From the human T2T-CHM13v2.0 reference genome, Homo sapiens: a DNA stretch of 64,000 bases. Shown here piece after piece: positions 1 through 59,490 of the stretch (the stretch's first letter is position 1; the number at the start of each line of letters is the position of its first letter). Both the position numbers and the translations under genes were made by a program. Under the pieces are notes generated by a model that was not told the DNA's origin, made no database searches, and worked only from the letters and a program-made list of their open reading frames with translations. The DNA is taken from NCBI RefSeq assembly GCF_009914755.1, contig NC_060944.1. One strand, 5' to 3'.

Positions 1-224
1 TGGGAGGTGTGAAAATGGGTGGGATAAGGTGCAGACTGCACAGCCCAGACGGCAGAACGAGACCTGTACTTAGAAGGTAGAAGAAGAGATTTCTGCTTTG
101 CACAAGGCATAGTTGATGTCTTAGCTTGAGGGTGGCTTCCGAGTGAGCCCGGAGGGACCACCCTGCTAAAAGGCTGTGCGCTCTGCCCCTCCTCCATCTC
201 CACGTGTTCTGCTTCTTTTTGTAG

Positions 225-375
225 ATGACAAGGCTGAGAAGGGGGAAGAGAAGGACCTGGCTGTGGTGACCCAGAGTGCCGAAGCGCCCGCTGAGGAAGA
301 CCTTCTGGGGCCCAACTGCTACTATGACAAATCCAAGTCGTTCTTCGACAACATCTCTTCTGAACTCAAGACCAG
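225..375 (+). CDS. LSM14B: LSM14B internal coding exon (FFD-box region)
   Basis: ttttgtag| acceptor, |gtgag donor; encodes [49 protein letters not shown] with the LSM14/Scd6 FFD box. Gene starts upstream of the window. Confidence 0.95.
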
Positions 376-2158
376 GTGAGAGGCTGAATGAATGAGGGGA
401 GGACAGTCCTCCAATCTAGAAAGGACAGGGCTGAGGGCTCTCAACCTGAGGGCAGAGCTGGACTCTGAGGCTCAGGGTAGCTGTTCTAGGGTCCTGCTTG
501 CGTTTCTGCATGATGGGTGCCGGAGTCCCAGCAGGTTGCGTGTGGGAAGCCTCTTGGGGATCCCGACCCGAGGAGTTGGCTGAGGTCGAGCCTGTTTCCT
601 CTTGGCTTTGCTGCCCTGTCCCCACAAAGGCTGGGCTGCACCGCCCCCGCCGGCAGACCCGTGTCCACATTCAGCATACCTCACGGTGCTCTGCTTGCTG
701 GTCCCGCTGGCCTGGCAGCCTGAGGTCCTTGCTTTGCAGCCTGAGGTATGGCTAGAACGTGCTCACACTGGCTTTCCTTCACTTCATTGTTTGAGGCCAG
801 GGACCATGTGGTGTGTTTTATTTTTCACACCTAACAGCTGGTCAGAAGTCCCGCGAAGCACCCTAGGGAGTGGGTGGCATCTACAGTGTGGGCCTGGCTT
901 GGAAACTTGGGCCCATTTGTCCTGCAGATTGAGCGCCAGACATGCCGCGGGGCGTTGAGGGGGCCTCAGAAGGCAGGCTGGAGAGCGCCACCTCTTCAGG
1001 TTCATGTTCTGCCAGGGGAAAAATAGAACAGCATGTCGTGAAGGCCAGGCAGTGAGGGCGATGGGATGGGGCTGTAACTCGATGGGAAGTGGATGATCAG
1101 TTCTCACAGGCAGAGCAGGCTGCGCAGATGAGTGCGGGAAGTGCTTCCAGACAGGCCGAGTCTGGGGGATGGGTTCCTGTAGGGTTTTGTAGGGCATGGC
1201 AGTGACTTTGGCTTTTGTTCCAAGTGCCGCGGGAAGCCATCAGAGGGTTTTGTGCTGAAGCGTGGTGCGGTCTGATGTTTTACGGCGTCCTTGGTGAGAG
1301 TGGTTGGACGGTGGGCAAGTGTGGCTGCTGACTGGCCAGTTAGGGGCCAGTGCTGCAGCACAGGTGGCTTGGAACCAGGCAGTGGTGGTGACAGAGGGAA
1401 GGAGTAGAGTCTAAATGTGTCTTGAAGGTGGCGCTAACAGAATTGGCCAACATGACAAGAGAAGAGTCCAGAATGACTCCTAAGTCTTTTGGCCTGGGCG
1501 GCTGATGGGTGGAGTTGCTGTTTCTTTGAACACGGAAGTCTGTGGGAGCAGCAGGTTTCCGGCTGAAGAGGAGCTCAGGGTGGGTGTGCTGCTGGAGCTG
1601 TTGTCTGCGTCGGTAGGAGTGCTGGGTGGGAGTGCTGGGTGCACAGTTGGATGTGGGAGATAGTCTCCCACCAGCAGCTTGTTTGGGTGGCATGAGTGTC
1701 CATGCTGTATCCCTGTCTTTCAAACTCCCAAAGCAGAAGCATCACATTCCAGGGAACTTGTTCCATCTATCCTAGCCCCCTCCTTGTCTAGGAGGGTCCA
1801 CTTCATGGTCCGGTCTCAGGTCTCCTGGGCCCCTGGGCCTCCCCAGGGCTCCTCTCTGTGCCCAGCGAGCAACAGCGGCTGCCTTGGTAGCCAACTAGTA
1901 TCACTGCTTGCCTGTGGTGCCAGAGATGGTAGAGATGGATCCCGATCCCCGGCCCACTGTGGAGACAGTCCTGGTTGGAAACGTGGCAGGGAGCACCTGC
2001 AGTGCCGGAGCTGGGCTCCAGAGCTGACAGGGCCGCCCCTTCCCTGTAGTGGCCCTGGTGAGTCTGTCCCTCCTTCCCTGGGCCGCTCTGAGGACGAGGC
2101 CTGGCCAGAAGCCTGGGAGTCAGTGCCTGCTACAATCAGCATTTCCTCTGTGGTTTAG

Positions 2159-2330
2159 CTCCAGGCGGACGACGTGGGCCGAAGAGAGGAAGCTCAACAC
2201 AGAGACCTTTGGGGTGTCAGGGAGGTTTCTTCGTGGCCGCAGTTCTCGGGGCGGATTCCGAGGAGGCAGGGGCAATGGGACCACCCGTCGCAACCCCACT
2301 TCCCACAGGGCCGGGACTGGCAGGGTGTGA
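2159..2330 (+). CDS. LSM14B: LSM14B last coding exon (TFG box and RGG tail; stop TGA 2328-2330; exon continues to 2344)
   Basis: tggtttag| acceptor, phase matches the previous exon (AG+C); [38 protein letters not shown]...GRV*; donor aaag|gtgagt at 2344/2345. Confidence 0.95.
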
Positions 2331-3031
2331 GGGTGCAGCCAAAGGTGAGTGGATGAACCTTCTGGACGCTTTGGTGGGAGGGTGTAGGGTCAGGCACACC
2401 TGGAGAGCTTAGGAAGGTGGGGAGCAGGCTCGGTTTCCCAGGAAGAAGAGAGGCCCAGAGGTGTCAAAGCCAAACCGAGGGCCTCGACCCTATGAGTCAC
2501 CCGGGAGGCTCTTGGCCAACTTCAACCTGCATCTGTGGGGGTAGGACCCAGGCCCCAGCATCCTCCAAGTGAGATTGCAGGTATGGGAGGTGAGGTGGTG
2601 CGCGAGTCGCGTGGGCTGGGGGCTCACCACCCAGGTGAAGCCAGCAAGTGAGACCTTGCTCCAAAGCCAGTGTCTTGGCCCAACCCGGCCCTAAATGAAT
2701 CAGAGGCTTCATTTTTAACCACGTCCCAGTGGATTTGTGGGCACCTTAGGGTTTGGGCGGAGCGTCCCACATGGGGTGCCTGGTGCCAACCCCACCCAGC
2801 GCCTCGGGACAGCCAGGTGGGCCCTGGAAAGACTAGCCCTCCTGCCACTAGCTGCGTCCCTGTCCCCAGTGTATTGTACAAGTAGGATTCTCAGAGTGGG
2901 CTGTGAGAAGAATGGGGGTAGCCAGTCTGACTCTGGGGGCAGGAGGGAGGCTGAGTGGCTCCTGCTCGCCAGCAGGGGCAACAGTGCTAGCTTATCCCAG
3001 CAGATGCTTGACTTCCTGTCATCTCTTGCAG

Positions 3032-4241
3032 GCTCCTACTGAAGTGGCGCATAACTGACGCTGTGTGTGTCAGGACGCGAGGAAAACGCTGCACTTACAG
3101 GGAGAGGTGGTCACTTTGTTTACGGAGTTTGGAAGAGACCCATACTGCTACTTGTGTTTTGGACTTAACTGAACTTGGACATGGTCTGAGTTAGAACCAC
3201 TTGTTTTGGGGAAGTATTCATGGGTAACCTCTTTGAGGTCTCTTTATCTGTGTTTCCTTTTTAGTTGCGCATAGCCTAATTCTAAGGTTTTGGTATTTTG
3301 CAAAAAGGTTTCTATAGTGAAAGCTGAATCCTTACTTTGTGACTTTTTTTTTTTTTTTAATGACAAGCTTTGACTTTTAAAAGTGGAACCAAATCTGTTG
3401 GCAGAGGTGGCAGCCAAGTACATCTCTGTAACCCAGCTGGCCCCTGGTGCTGTTGGCCTGGCACCCCACTGCCAAGGGTGGGGTCTCAGGAGTCAGGCAG
3501 GGCCAGCACAGGGTGGCGTGGGGGGCAGGGGTGGGTGGGTGGAGGGCACGGAAGGGGTTTTCCCATGGATCATGTTGTATAAGTGAACCAGACCACCCTG
3601 ATGGCATCCACAGTGATGTCAAGGTTGGGGCTGGCCAGGGGTGGGTGGACTAGAAGCATTTGGGAGTAGTGGCCAGGGGCCCTGGACGCTAGCCACGGAG
3701 CTGCTGCACAGAGCCTGGTGTCCACAAGCTTCCAGGTTGGGGTTGGAGCCTGGGATGAGCCCCGGCAGCGCCTTGGCCCTTCTGTGGTCCCTGCCAGCCT
3801 CTGACCTGGGCCGGTCAGTCATTGCTGGACTCTGGCCACACACTGGCGTTCTCATCCACTTGGAAACAAGCCAGTCTTTTCTGCAAGGTCAGTTGACCAA
3901 GAGCATATTTCCCCTCTGTTGTACATCGTTGTTTTGTGTTTGTGTTGTAACAGTGGGTGGAGGGAGGGTGGGGTCTACATTTGTTGCATGAGTCGATGGG
4001 TCAGAACTTTAGTATACGCATGCGTCCTCTGAGTGACAGGGCATTTTGTCGAAAATAAGCACCTTGGTAACTAAACCCCTCTAATAGCTATAAAGGCTTT
4101 AGTTCTGTATTGATTAAGTTACTGTAAAAGCTTGGGTTTATTTTTGTAGGACTTAATGGCTAAGAATTAGAACATAGCAAGGGGGCTCCTCTGTTGGAGT
4201 AATGTAAATTGTAATTATAAATAAACATGCAAACCTTTAAA
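3032..4241 (+). other. LSM14B: LSM14B terminal non-coding exon (3' UTR)
   Basis: ctcttgcag| acceptor at 3031/3032; AATAAA at 4220-4225 followed by U-rich sequence. 3' end approximate. Confidence 0.8.
4220..4225 (+). terminator. LSM14B: LSM14B polyadenylation signal AATAAA
   Basis: Canonical hexamer with upstream TGTA motifs and a downstream T-rich tract. Confidence 0.8.
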
Positions 4242-5618
4242 ATTTTCTTTTCTGATGCTCTAAGAATCCTGTTGACTCTTCTGCCCAAGTCACCTCTGCA
4301 TCATGTCCAGGTCTGGAGCACACACTTAGGCTGGTGGAATTTGGGGAGACTTGGGCCCCATCAGGTGATGGAACAAGGTGGCTGACCCAATTGGTCGGGT
4401 GAAGTGCGGCCAGCAGACCCGGGTTCTCCCTGTGGGCCACCCTTCTGGGATGAATGGCTCTGCTCTCAGAAACTGGATACAAAGTTCTTTTAAAAACCCA
4501 GCTCACAGATAACACCTGTATCATAAGCAGTGGCCCCTTTGCCACCTTCCTGCTGCCTCCAAGCTCCCCAGCTCAGGAGCGTTCAGGTTCTCAGGCACCG
4601 TAGAGCATGTTACACAGCCACGAGCAAGCTGCACCCTGGACCCACGCAGAAAAACAAAGACATGGCTGGTTCTAGGCTCAGAGCATCCCATTTTAGTCTA
4701 ATGGGTTTCCAGGTGACCTTAAAAGTGGCCCTCAGAGAGGACGAGGAGACACACCAGCTGCATGAGTTCTCCTTTCATTACCTGCCTGTGGCCATCAGGC
4801 TCCACAGCAGAACTGCCAGTGGGGGGCCCTCCCATTTCTTGGGTGGGGGTAATGGATATCCTTGACCAGCAGAAAAATAAATGTTACGTGTGCCAGATAC
4901 TGGTGGCCACAGTCCTCACCCAGCTAGAGAACTTGGTGAAACAGGTATTGCCTCCCAGAGCATCGCAAGGTAGTCAGGTTATCGTGTGCCAGCTGACCTT
5001 GCTGTTAAAATGTTCATTGTTTTGACAATTGTACATTTTACGCTGAGCTCAAAATGTATCTGGGCCCCTTTACTCCTTTTTAGAAGATACATGCCCAAAA
5101 CCAAGGACCAGAGGAGGACCCAAAAGCCTTAAACTGTGGGACTAGAAGTCAAAACACAGGAAAGGGCAGAGAATAGCCAGAACCAGTCTTCAACATAGGG
5201 GGCAGACGTCAAGATGTGGTCTATGAAAGTCAGACATGCAAAGCTGCTTTGAACAAAGCTGCTGCTCTACAGAATGAACCCAGGGCTACTTGTGTTTGTG
5301 TCCTTGACATTATACATTCATTAGGGGACTAGAATGAAGGTCTAAAAGCAAACGGAAGTCATTCTGTGTCTACAACAGAGAAACAGGTCTGCTGAAGGCC
5401 AGGTTTCTCTGCAGGACCCAGGGCAGCAGCTCTGACTTCCCAAGGGAGGAACCTGTGTCTCACACTGGCTTACTGTCTTAGCCACAAGGAACAGAAAGGA
5501 AAGCTCAATTACGGTGGCTCAGGGTTGAAAAAGAAGGGTGAGAGATGAGAGGACTGCTGTGATTGCACCTAAAGATACACATTCTCTTAAAAAAAAAAAC
5601 AGGTTAAAAATACGGAAG

Positions 5619-5624
5619 TTTATT
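5619..5624 (-). terminator. PSMA7: PSMA7 polyadenylation signal AATAAA
   Basis: tttatt on + strand about 104 nt past the stop; U-rich tract downstream on the - strand. Confidence 0.8.
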
Positions 5625-5727
5625 GTAGGACACTCAGTGTGAATAAATGGAATGGAAAGGCCTACACATCGAGACTCATCCATGATTGATATGAATTTAA
5701 AAATTACAAGCAAAGACATTTTATTCA

Positions 5728-12257
<6,530 letters not shown>

Positions 12258-12687
12258 CTACGCCCGCGCCCCACCCTCGGCGCCGTGTCCTGCGCTGCCG
12301 GCGACGGGCGGCGTCAGGCGGCGACGGGCAGCGTCAGGCGGCGTCGGGCGGACGTGATGGCGCGCGCCGGGGCGGGGTCAGGCCGAACCACCGGTGGCCG
12401 GGGGTGGGAGGCGGTGCTCCGGCGAGGGCCGGGCGCTGGGTGCGAGGGGGTCGCCGGGGGCCACCGTTCGGCACTGGGCCGCAGACCGTTCTGCAGGGCG
12501 GAGCGGCGGCGCCGCGGGCCCGGAGGCGCGGCGACGGCGACGGGGCGGACGAGCCCACGACGCGGCGCCCCCCGCGCTCCCGCCCCCTTCCCCCCCTCCG
12601 CGACTGCGGATAATGAGCGCCTCGGGCCGCCCAGCGCAGCCGGAGTATCCACCTCGATGACCACGGGCTGAGCCCCGCGCCGCCACC

Positions 12688-48084
<35,397 letters not shown>

Positions 48085-49492
48085 GGGACACACATTCTGG
48101 CTGGAGCCCTTGTGGTAGCGTGTTCATCCAGGGGCCGGATGGGCTGGCGGCAGCTCTGGTGAATTGTGACATGTTGGTTACCTGTTCGCCCAGTGCCACG
48201 TCTGCATGTGAAGCGTGCTCATTTCATGCTGGGTATGACGCCGAGCGCACACCACTGGCGTGAGACAGCGCTTGGTGGTGTGATACTTTTGGTGCTGTGT
48301 ATAGTATTGTATGTCGGTACACGGAGAGGTATCCTTTTTTTGTCCCCCGCCCCCTTCTCAATGTTTCTAGCTAGCTTTGGGGGTCATTTTGTCATCAGAG
48401 CATTCTGTGCCCAGGGACAGGACAGATCTCGAGGACACCACAGTCCACCTGTTCCCGTCAACAGACGTTAGGTCTCATTTTCCTCCTCATGCAGTGTTGT
48501 AGTGTGGGTTGTCAACTTTTCTTTAACTGGCTACGCCACAGCTGGACACACATGCAGCCCCTGGAGGGCAGCCTCTTCCTGTGCCTCGATGGGGTGGGTG
48601 GGAGGGCATCTTCTGTGCGTTGGGTCAGTTTCTGTTACGTAACGAAAAGGATAAACATCTCCCACGGGAGAGGCCACAGATGGCCACTTCCAGAGCTTGC
48701 CCATTGCCTGTCTCTCGCCAATTCCGTTTATCCAAAAAGGTACATGTTTTTGTATTAAAAAGTAAACAGGGATCAGTGACTGTATTCCAAATAAATATGA
48801 ATCCCTAAGGGCCGTGGACAAATTGCCTAACCCAGGGCCAGCGGTATTGCTGAAGGAAAGGGGCAGCTCTCTGGGAAGTGGGCCCTCAGAGATTACTCTG
48901 GCTTTGACCCTTGTTTAGCTGATGGTCATTTCTGGGATTGGAATATTTAATAAGCCCAATTCTAAGTTGATAGGTAATTTTAAATATTCAAACCAAATCT
49001 TCCCAACAGTTGGCAAGTTGTTTATTTTATATTATTTCTTCCAGGACCTACTTGCTCAGATCTCCAAGCAAGCATTTCTTTTCTTTTAGGGATGTCTGAA
49101 AGTCACATCCAGTTACATTACTGTGTTCTTTCTAATGAAAAGTAAAGGTTTTATATAGAGAAACTTGAGTAATTTTTACATTTCTAAGACATTAAATCCC
49201 ATTTAAATTCTGTGTGAACATTAAAGACAGCACACTTGCAAAAGTATGGTCAAAGGAAAAAAATCCCACATTTCAATTAACAAGTAGCATGGACATTTGA
49301 TCAACCTTTAGTTGGAATAATAATATTCATATTTGCTATGAATCCTTTTAAAAAAATCTTTGGATAAATGCTGACAGATTTCCAAGAACTACCAAGAAAA
49401 TACAAGAGATATCCAATGCTTGATATATGAGGCCTAGTAATAACGATATTTCTCTTTAATTGATGTTTTGTTTTAAAAGTTAAAAGTAATTC

Positions 49493-49800
<308 letters not shown>

Positions 49801-50969
49801 AGTTAAAATTAATTCTTTATCCAGAGTCGGGTGCTTTAGAATTTATAAGTCACTTATGTGTTTTGCTTGAATTAATTCTGACAGCCCCTATGAGGAAATC
49901 TGGAGGCAGGTAACAGTTCCCATTTTAGAGATGAAGAACTGAGGCACAGATTAAAGGACTTGCCTGTGTTGAATACCAGTCCTGTTCTAGGACATTCTCC
50001 CCTCTCCTAGGAGACGGATGTCACGCACAAATGGGGAGAGAAGTGTTTATTTTGTAGGCACTAAGGGTTTCTAAAACCCTTAACACTGGTAAGGGCTCAA
50101 AAATAAACGTATGTGTTCATATTCGATCACCGAAATGAGAGTTCTTAATTGCTAATTGACAAACGCGTTAGCAATTTCAGTTAGGGAGTCATCTCCCTTG
50201 ATTGTGTTCTTTTCCTGTCAATTTTCATAGACCTAATTTGCAAACTCAATCGGGGACTAAAATTTCCCACTGAAAATGTTAAACATTTTAGATAACTGTG
50301 AAGATAGTTTATTTTTATTCCTTGCCAATCTGGGAATATGCCTTTTTTGTGTGTTTGTGTGTTTTTTTAAGTGCTGTATTAATAATACTTTCTGAAAGAA
50401 AAGGACACTTACCCCAAAACTTCAATCTGAAATGTCTTACATTAAGAATATCTTGAATGTTGTGTATATATTTTAAAAAGCACTTTGCAAAATAGTTTGT
50501 ACATTTATTTCCTAATTTATACATGATTTTTGGTGTTAATATATTTAATGATTAATAACAGAATGTTTATTTAATGTGCTGTCCATTTTTATGTAATATT
50601 ATGGGGAAAGTGATGCCAGCAGTTCCTTTTCATTATTCTATCTTCTGTCATATGAATGTTGAGCAAAGCTTAGGCCAACATGAATTGTTTGTGAAGTGTG
50701 GTTGATGGTGCTTTGTTTTTTTCTGACTACTTCTATGGAAGGCCAGTGAAGAAGCAAAGGAAGACATGAAAATTGACGCTCATTCTTCTTCCTATTGTTC
50801 CCTGACATCCAGCAAATTGTGAATTTGAAAAATGATGGCCAGTTTTCAGAAGTGCTGACAAATTCATATTGGTATGCAAAAGCTCATCACCCATTAAGGT
50901 TTGTTGTTGAATCAACAGTACTCAGCATATTAAAACAGTACATCAGAACTCATGCCAACAGTCTTTATG

Positions 50970-51042
50970 ATGGGATTAAGGTGGACAAGATCTCCTAAGA
51001 TCTGTGAATGGGATTAAGGTGGACAAGATCTCCTAAGATCTG
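50970..51042 (+). repeat. 35-bp perfect direct repeat (period 38)
   Basis: atgggattaaggtggacaagatctcctaagatctg at 50970-51004 and 51008-51042. Confidence 0.95.
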
Positions 51043-51337
51043 AAAAGAAACCTTAATACGCTCATATGGTTGGAGTGTTAAGTGAACCTCTGATTTTGTC
51101 AGGGTTTTTCTACGTGTAGGCGTGAATAGGGGGCACCCCTTCAAAACTGTACAAAGAAGACGACTGTTTTCCATTTCCATTTAAACATTTTTAGCCACTT
51201 CATTTCTATTTATTGAACAGGTCAAATTTGTCTTGTTATTTGTGAGTACAGTACATTTAAAAAACATCCTTATCGGTTATTTTTTTTTCAGTCGGAGTTT
51301 GACGTATAAATTGTTTATGCTTTTGGTGTAATCTCTT

Positions 51338-51343
51338 AATAAA
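51338..51343 (+). terminator. SS18L1: SS18L1 distal polyadenylation signal AATAAA
   Basis: Hexamer at the end of the AU-rich UTR, TGTA upstream, GU-rich sequence downstream. Confidence 0.75.
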
Positions 51344-51429
51344 CTGGTTCTTCAAAAATCATCCTATAAAGTGAGTTTTCATGAAGTTAACGGGATTTTG
51401 GTGTGATGTGTTTTGCAAATACTTATTAC

Positions 51430-52270
51430 CGAGACCAGGTAGATCGTCACCTCGGCTCCCGGGCAGAGTTCGCGTGCGTCCGCACCGGATTCCCCGCGGC
51501 GGCAAGGCGAAGCCAGGGTAAGGGCGGTGGGGACGGCGCCCCGGGGCTGCCCTGCGGTCCCCACTGCCTGCTCTGCGTTGCCCCGTAGCCTCCTCGGGCA
51601 ACGGCGGTGTCCTCGTCAGACCCGGGAGGTTCCGCAAACGCCGGAGGGGTCAGAGAAGCTGGGGGACCTTGGGCACCGGGTGGAACGGGCGGGGCGGCTG
51701 TCCTTGTGCTCGGGCAGCGAGGGCGCCGGCGAGAAGCGCGGCTGCAGCTGAGCGCTCCGCATCCCTCCTGCCGTTGCTCCTGCTTCCGCTACCAGGGACA
51801 AGGTCGCCTCTCGGTCCGTCGGCGTGTTTTCTGCACCTGCGCACTGGGCAAGCCTTGGGCTTCCGGAGCCAAAAGGCCCCGGAAGTGGTCGGCCGCTTGC
51901 GACGCTCCGGAAGTGACGTGCTTTCCCGAGCCGGTGAGTGCGGGAGCGGGGAGCGGGGAGCGTGGGCCTGGGGGGTGGTCGCGGCCCGGGCGCAAGGAGG
52001 GGCCTCGGCTTGGGCCGCGGGGTACCGGGGCGCTGGGAGCGGGAGAGGCCCCGGCCTAGGAGCTGAGAGGCCTGGAGGGCTGCCGGGCTGCGAACCCCGG
52101 CGGGACCGAGCGCTGCGGCCCTGGAGTAGCGAGCGCTCGGGCGGTGGGGAGCGGCGCCTTGCTCCCCGGTCCTGCCCCACTCTCTCCGCAGAACCGCGTT
52201 TTGGGGTCAGAAGTCTTGTCAGCCACCCCGGTGGTGCTCTGTCACGGGATGGGTGCCGTGTGTGAGTTCC
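51430..52270. promoter_or_regulatory. MTG2: CpG island / MTG2 promoter with ETS (GABP-type) sites
   Basis: CpG-dense; CTTCCGG 51860-51866, CCGGAAGT 51879-51886, CCGGAAGTGACGT 51907-51919. Confidence 0.88.
51890..51933 (+). other. MTG2: MTG2 non-coding exon 1 (5' end approximate)
   Basis: Strong donor ccg|gtgagt at 51933/51934 inside the CpG island; the ATG lies in the next exon. Confidence 0.7.
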
Positions 52271-52951
52271 GAGTCAAGTTGTTAGGAATTTGCCTTGATC
52301 CAGCGCTCTAAGTATTAAACATTTTAAAGTGATTATTGGCAGTATACAGTTGCACAAAACAACATAAATATATACACATTTGGATGATAAAACAACAGTA
52401 AAGTTTTGTATTGTAAACGCGCCTCAGGGAGACGCATTTCCAGATAATTCACTGTCCGTGGCTGGCTTCTGCCCAGTGAGAGCGGGTTACCCGTTCTATT
52501 CCCATTTACGTTCTCGTAGCTGTGGATACCGAGGAACGGCGTTCACACAGACCTGTAGGTGGGAATTAGAGGGGTTGTTGGGCAGTGTCACTAGAGAAAT
52601 ACCTTTCTTTTGTAAAGGGGAGGACCCATTATAAAAGGGGGACGGGAAAGGAGAATTCAAATTGTTTTAAACGCAGGTTCGTCCTCAGGCAGTTCTGTTT
52701 TAGCAGAGAGAACGTAGCGAAACTTGGGCAGAAAATGGATTCCTTTGAAATTATCCTGGCCTTAGTCCCTTGGGAAGTCTGTGTAGGCGAACCTCAGTGA
52801 GAAGATTCCTGCCGTAAAATGCAGGTGTCAGCAGCATGCCAGGGAGGCCAGAGGATACTATGTGACTTTGGGCAAGTGACTGAACCTCTGTGAGTCTCAG
52901 CCTCCACTGCTTTAGATGGGCATAAAAAATGTAAAGTCAAGAATCAGGTTT

Positions 52952-54690
<1,739 letters not shown>

Positions 54691-55229
54691 GGACAGCCTT
54701 GTTGGAAGGAAAATAAAGACACCAAAGAGCAGCGTGAAAACAGTGGGATTTGTTCATCCGGCAGGGGAGAGAGCACAGCACTCAGCGGGCCTCCAAAGAG
54801 AAATTGAAAGGGCAAAAAGGAGGAAGCAAATTAGGCAAGACTCCGAGTTCAGGTCTCTGGTTGGCTTTGCAACCTTCTCTGCGGTTGATCTGCAGGTTCC
54901 ATGTCACCTGCATCAGGAAGCCTGGTTTCCAGAATATCCGGGCTGGATGGTGTAACGTTCCAGCAGGCTGAGCCGTGGCTATGCTTGTGTTGATGAGCCC
55001 GAGTTGTTTTTCCCCAACCTGTTTTTATGCACCACCCCTGAGCCTTCCCATCTGATAGCTCTGGGTTAAGTCTCTTCACCTGTCTGCCCAGTTTCCGCAA
55101 CTTTAAAATGAGGATGATGAAGGACTTACTTCACAGAGTTTTATGAGGACTGAATGAGTTAATCCCTGAAAAATACTTAGAACAGTATTTTGCAAGTAGT
55201 GAGGTAGAGGTCTTGAAGGTTTACTGTTA

Positions 55230-59490
<4,261 letters not shown>

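Noticed and set aside
4016-4025. Palindrome ACGCATGCGT (NRF1-like) in the LSM14B 3' UTR
   Set aside because: Imperfect motif outside a promoter; expected by chance.
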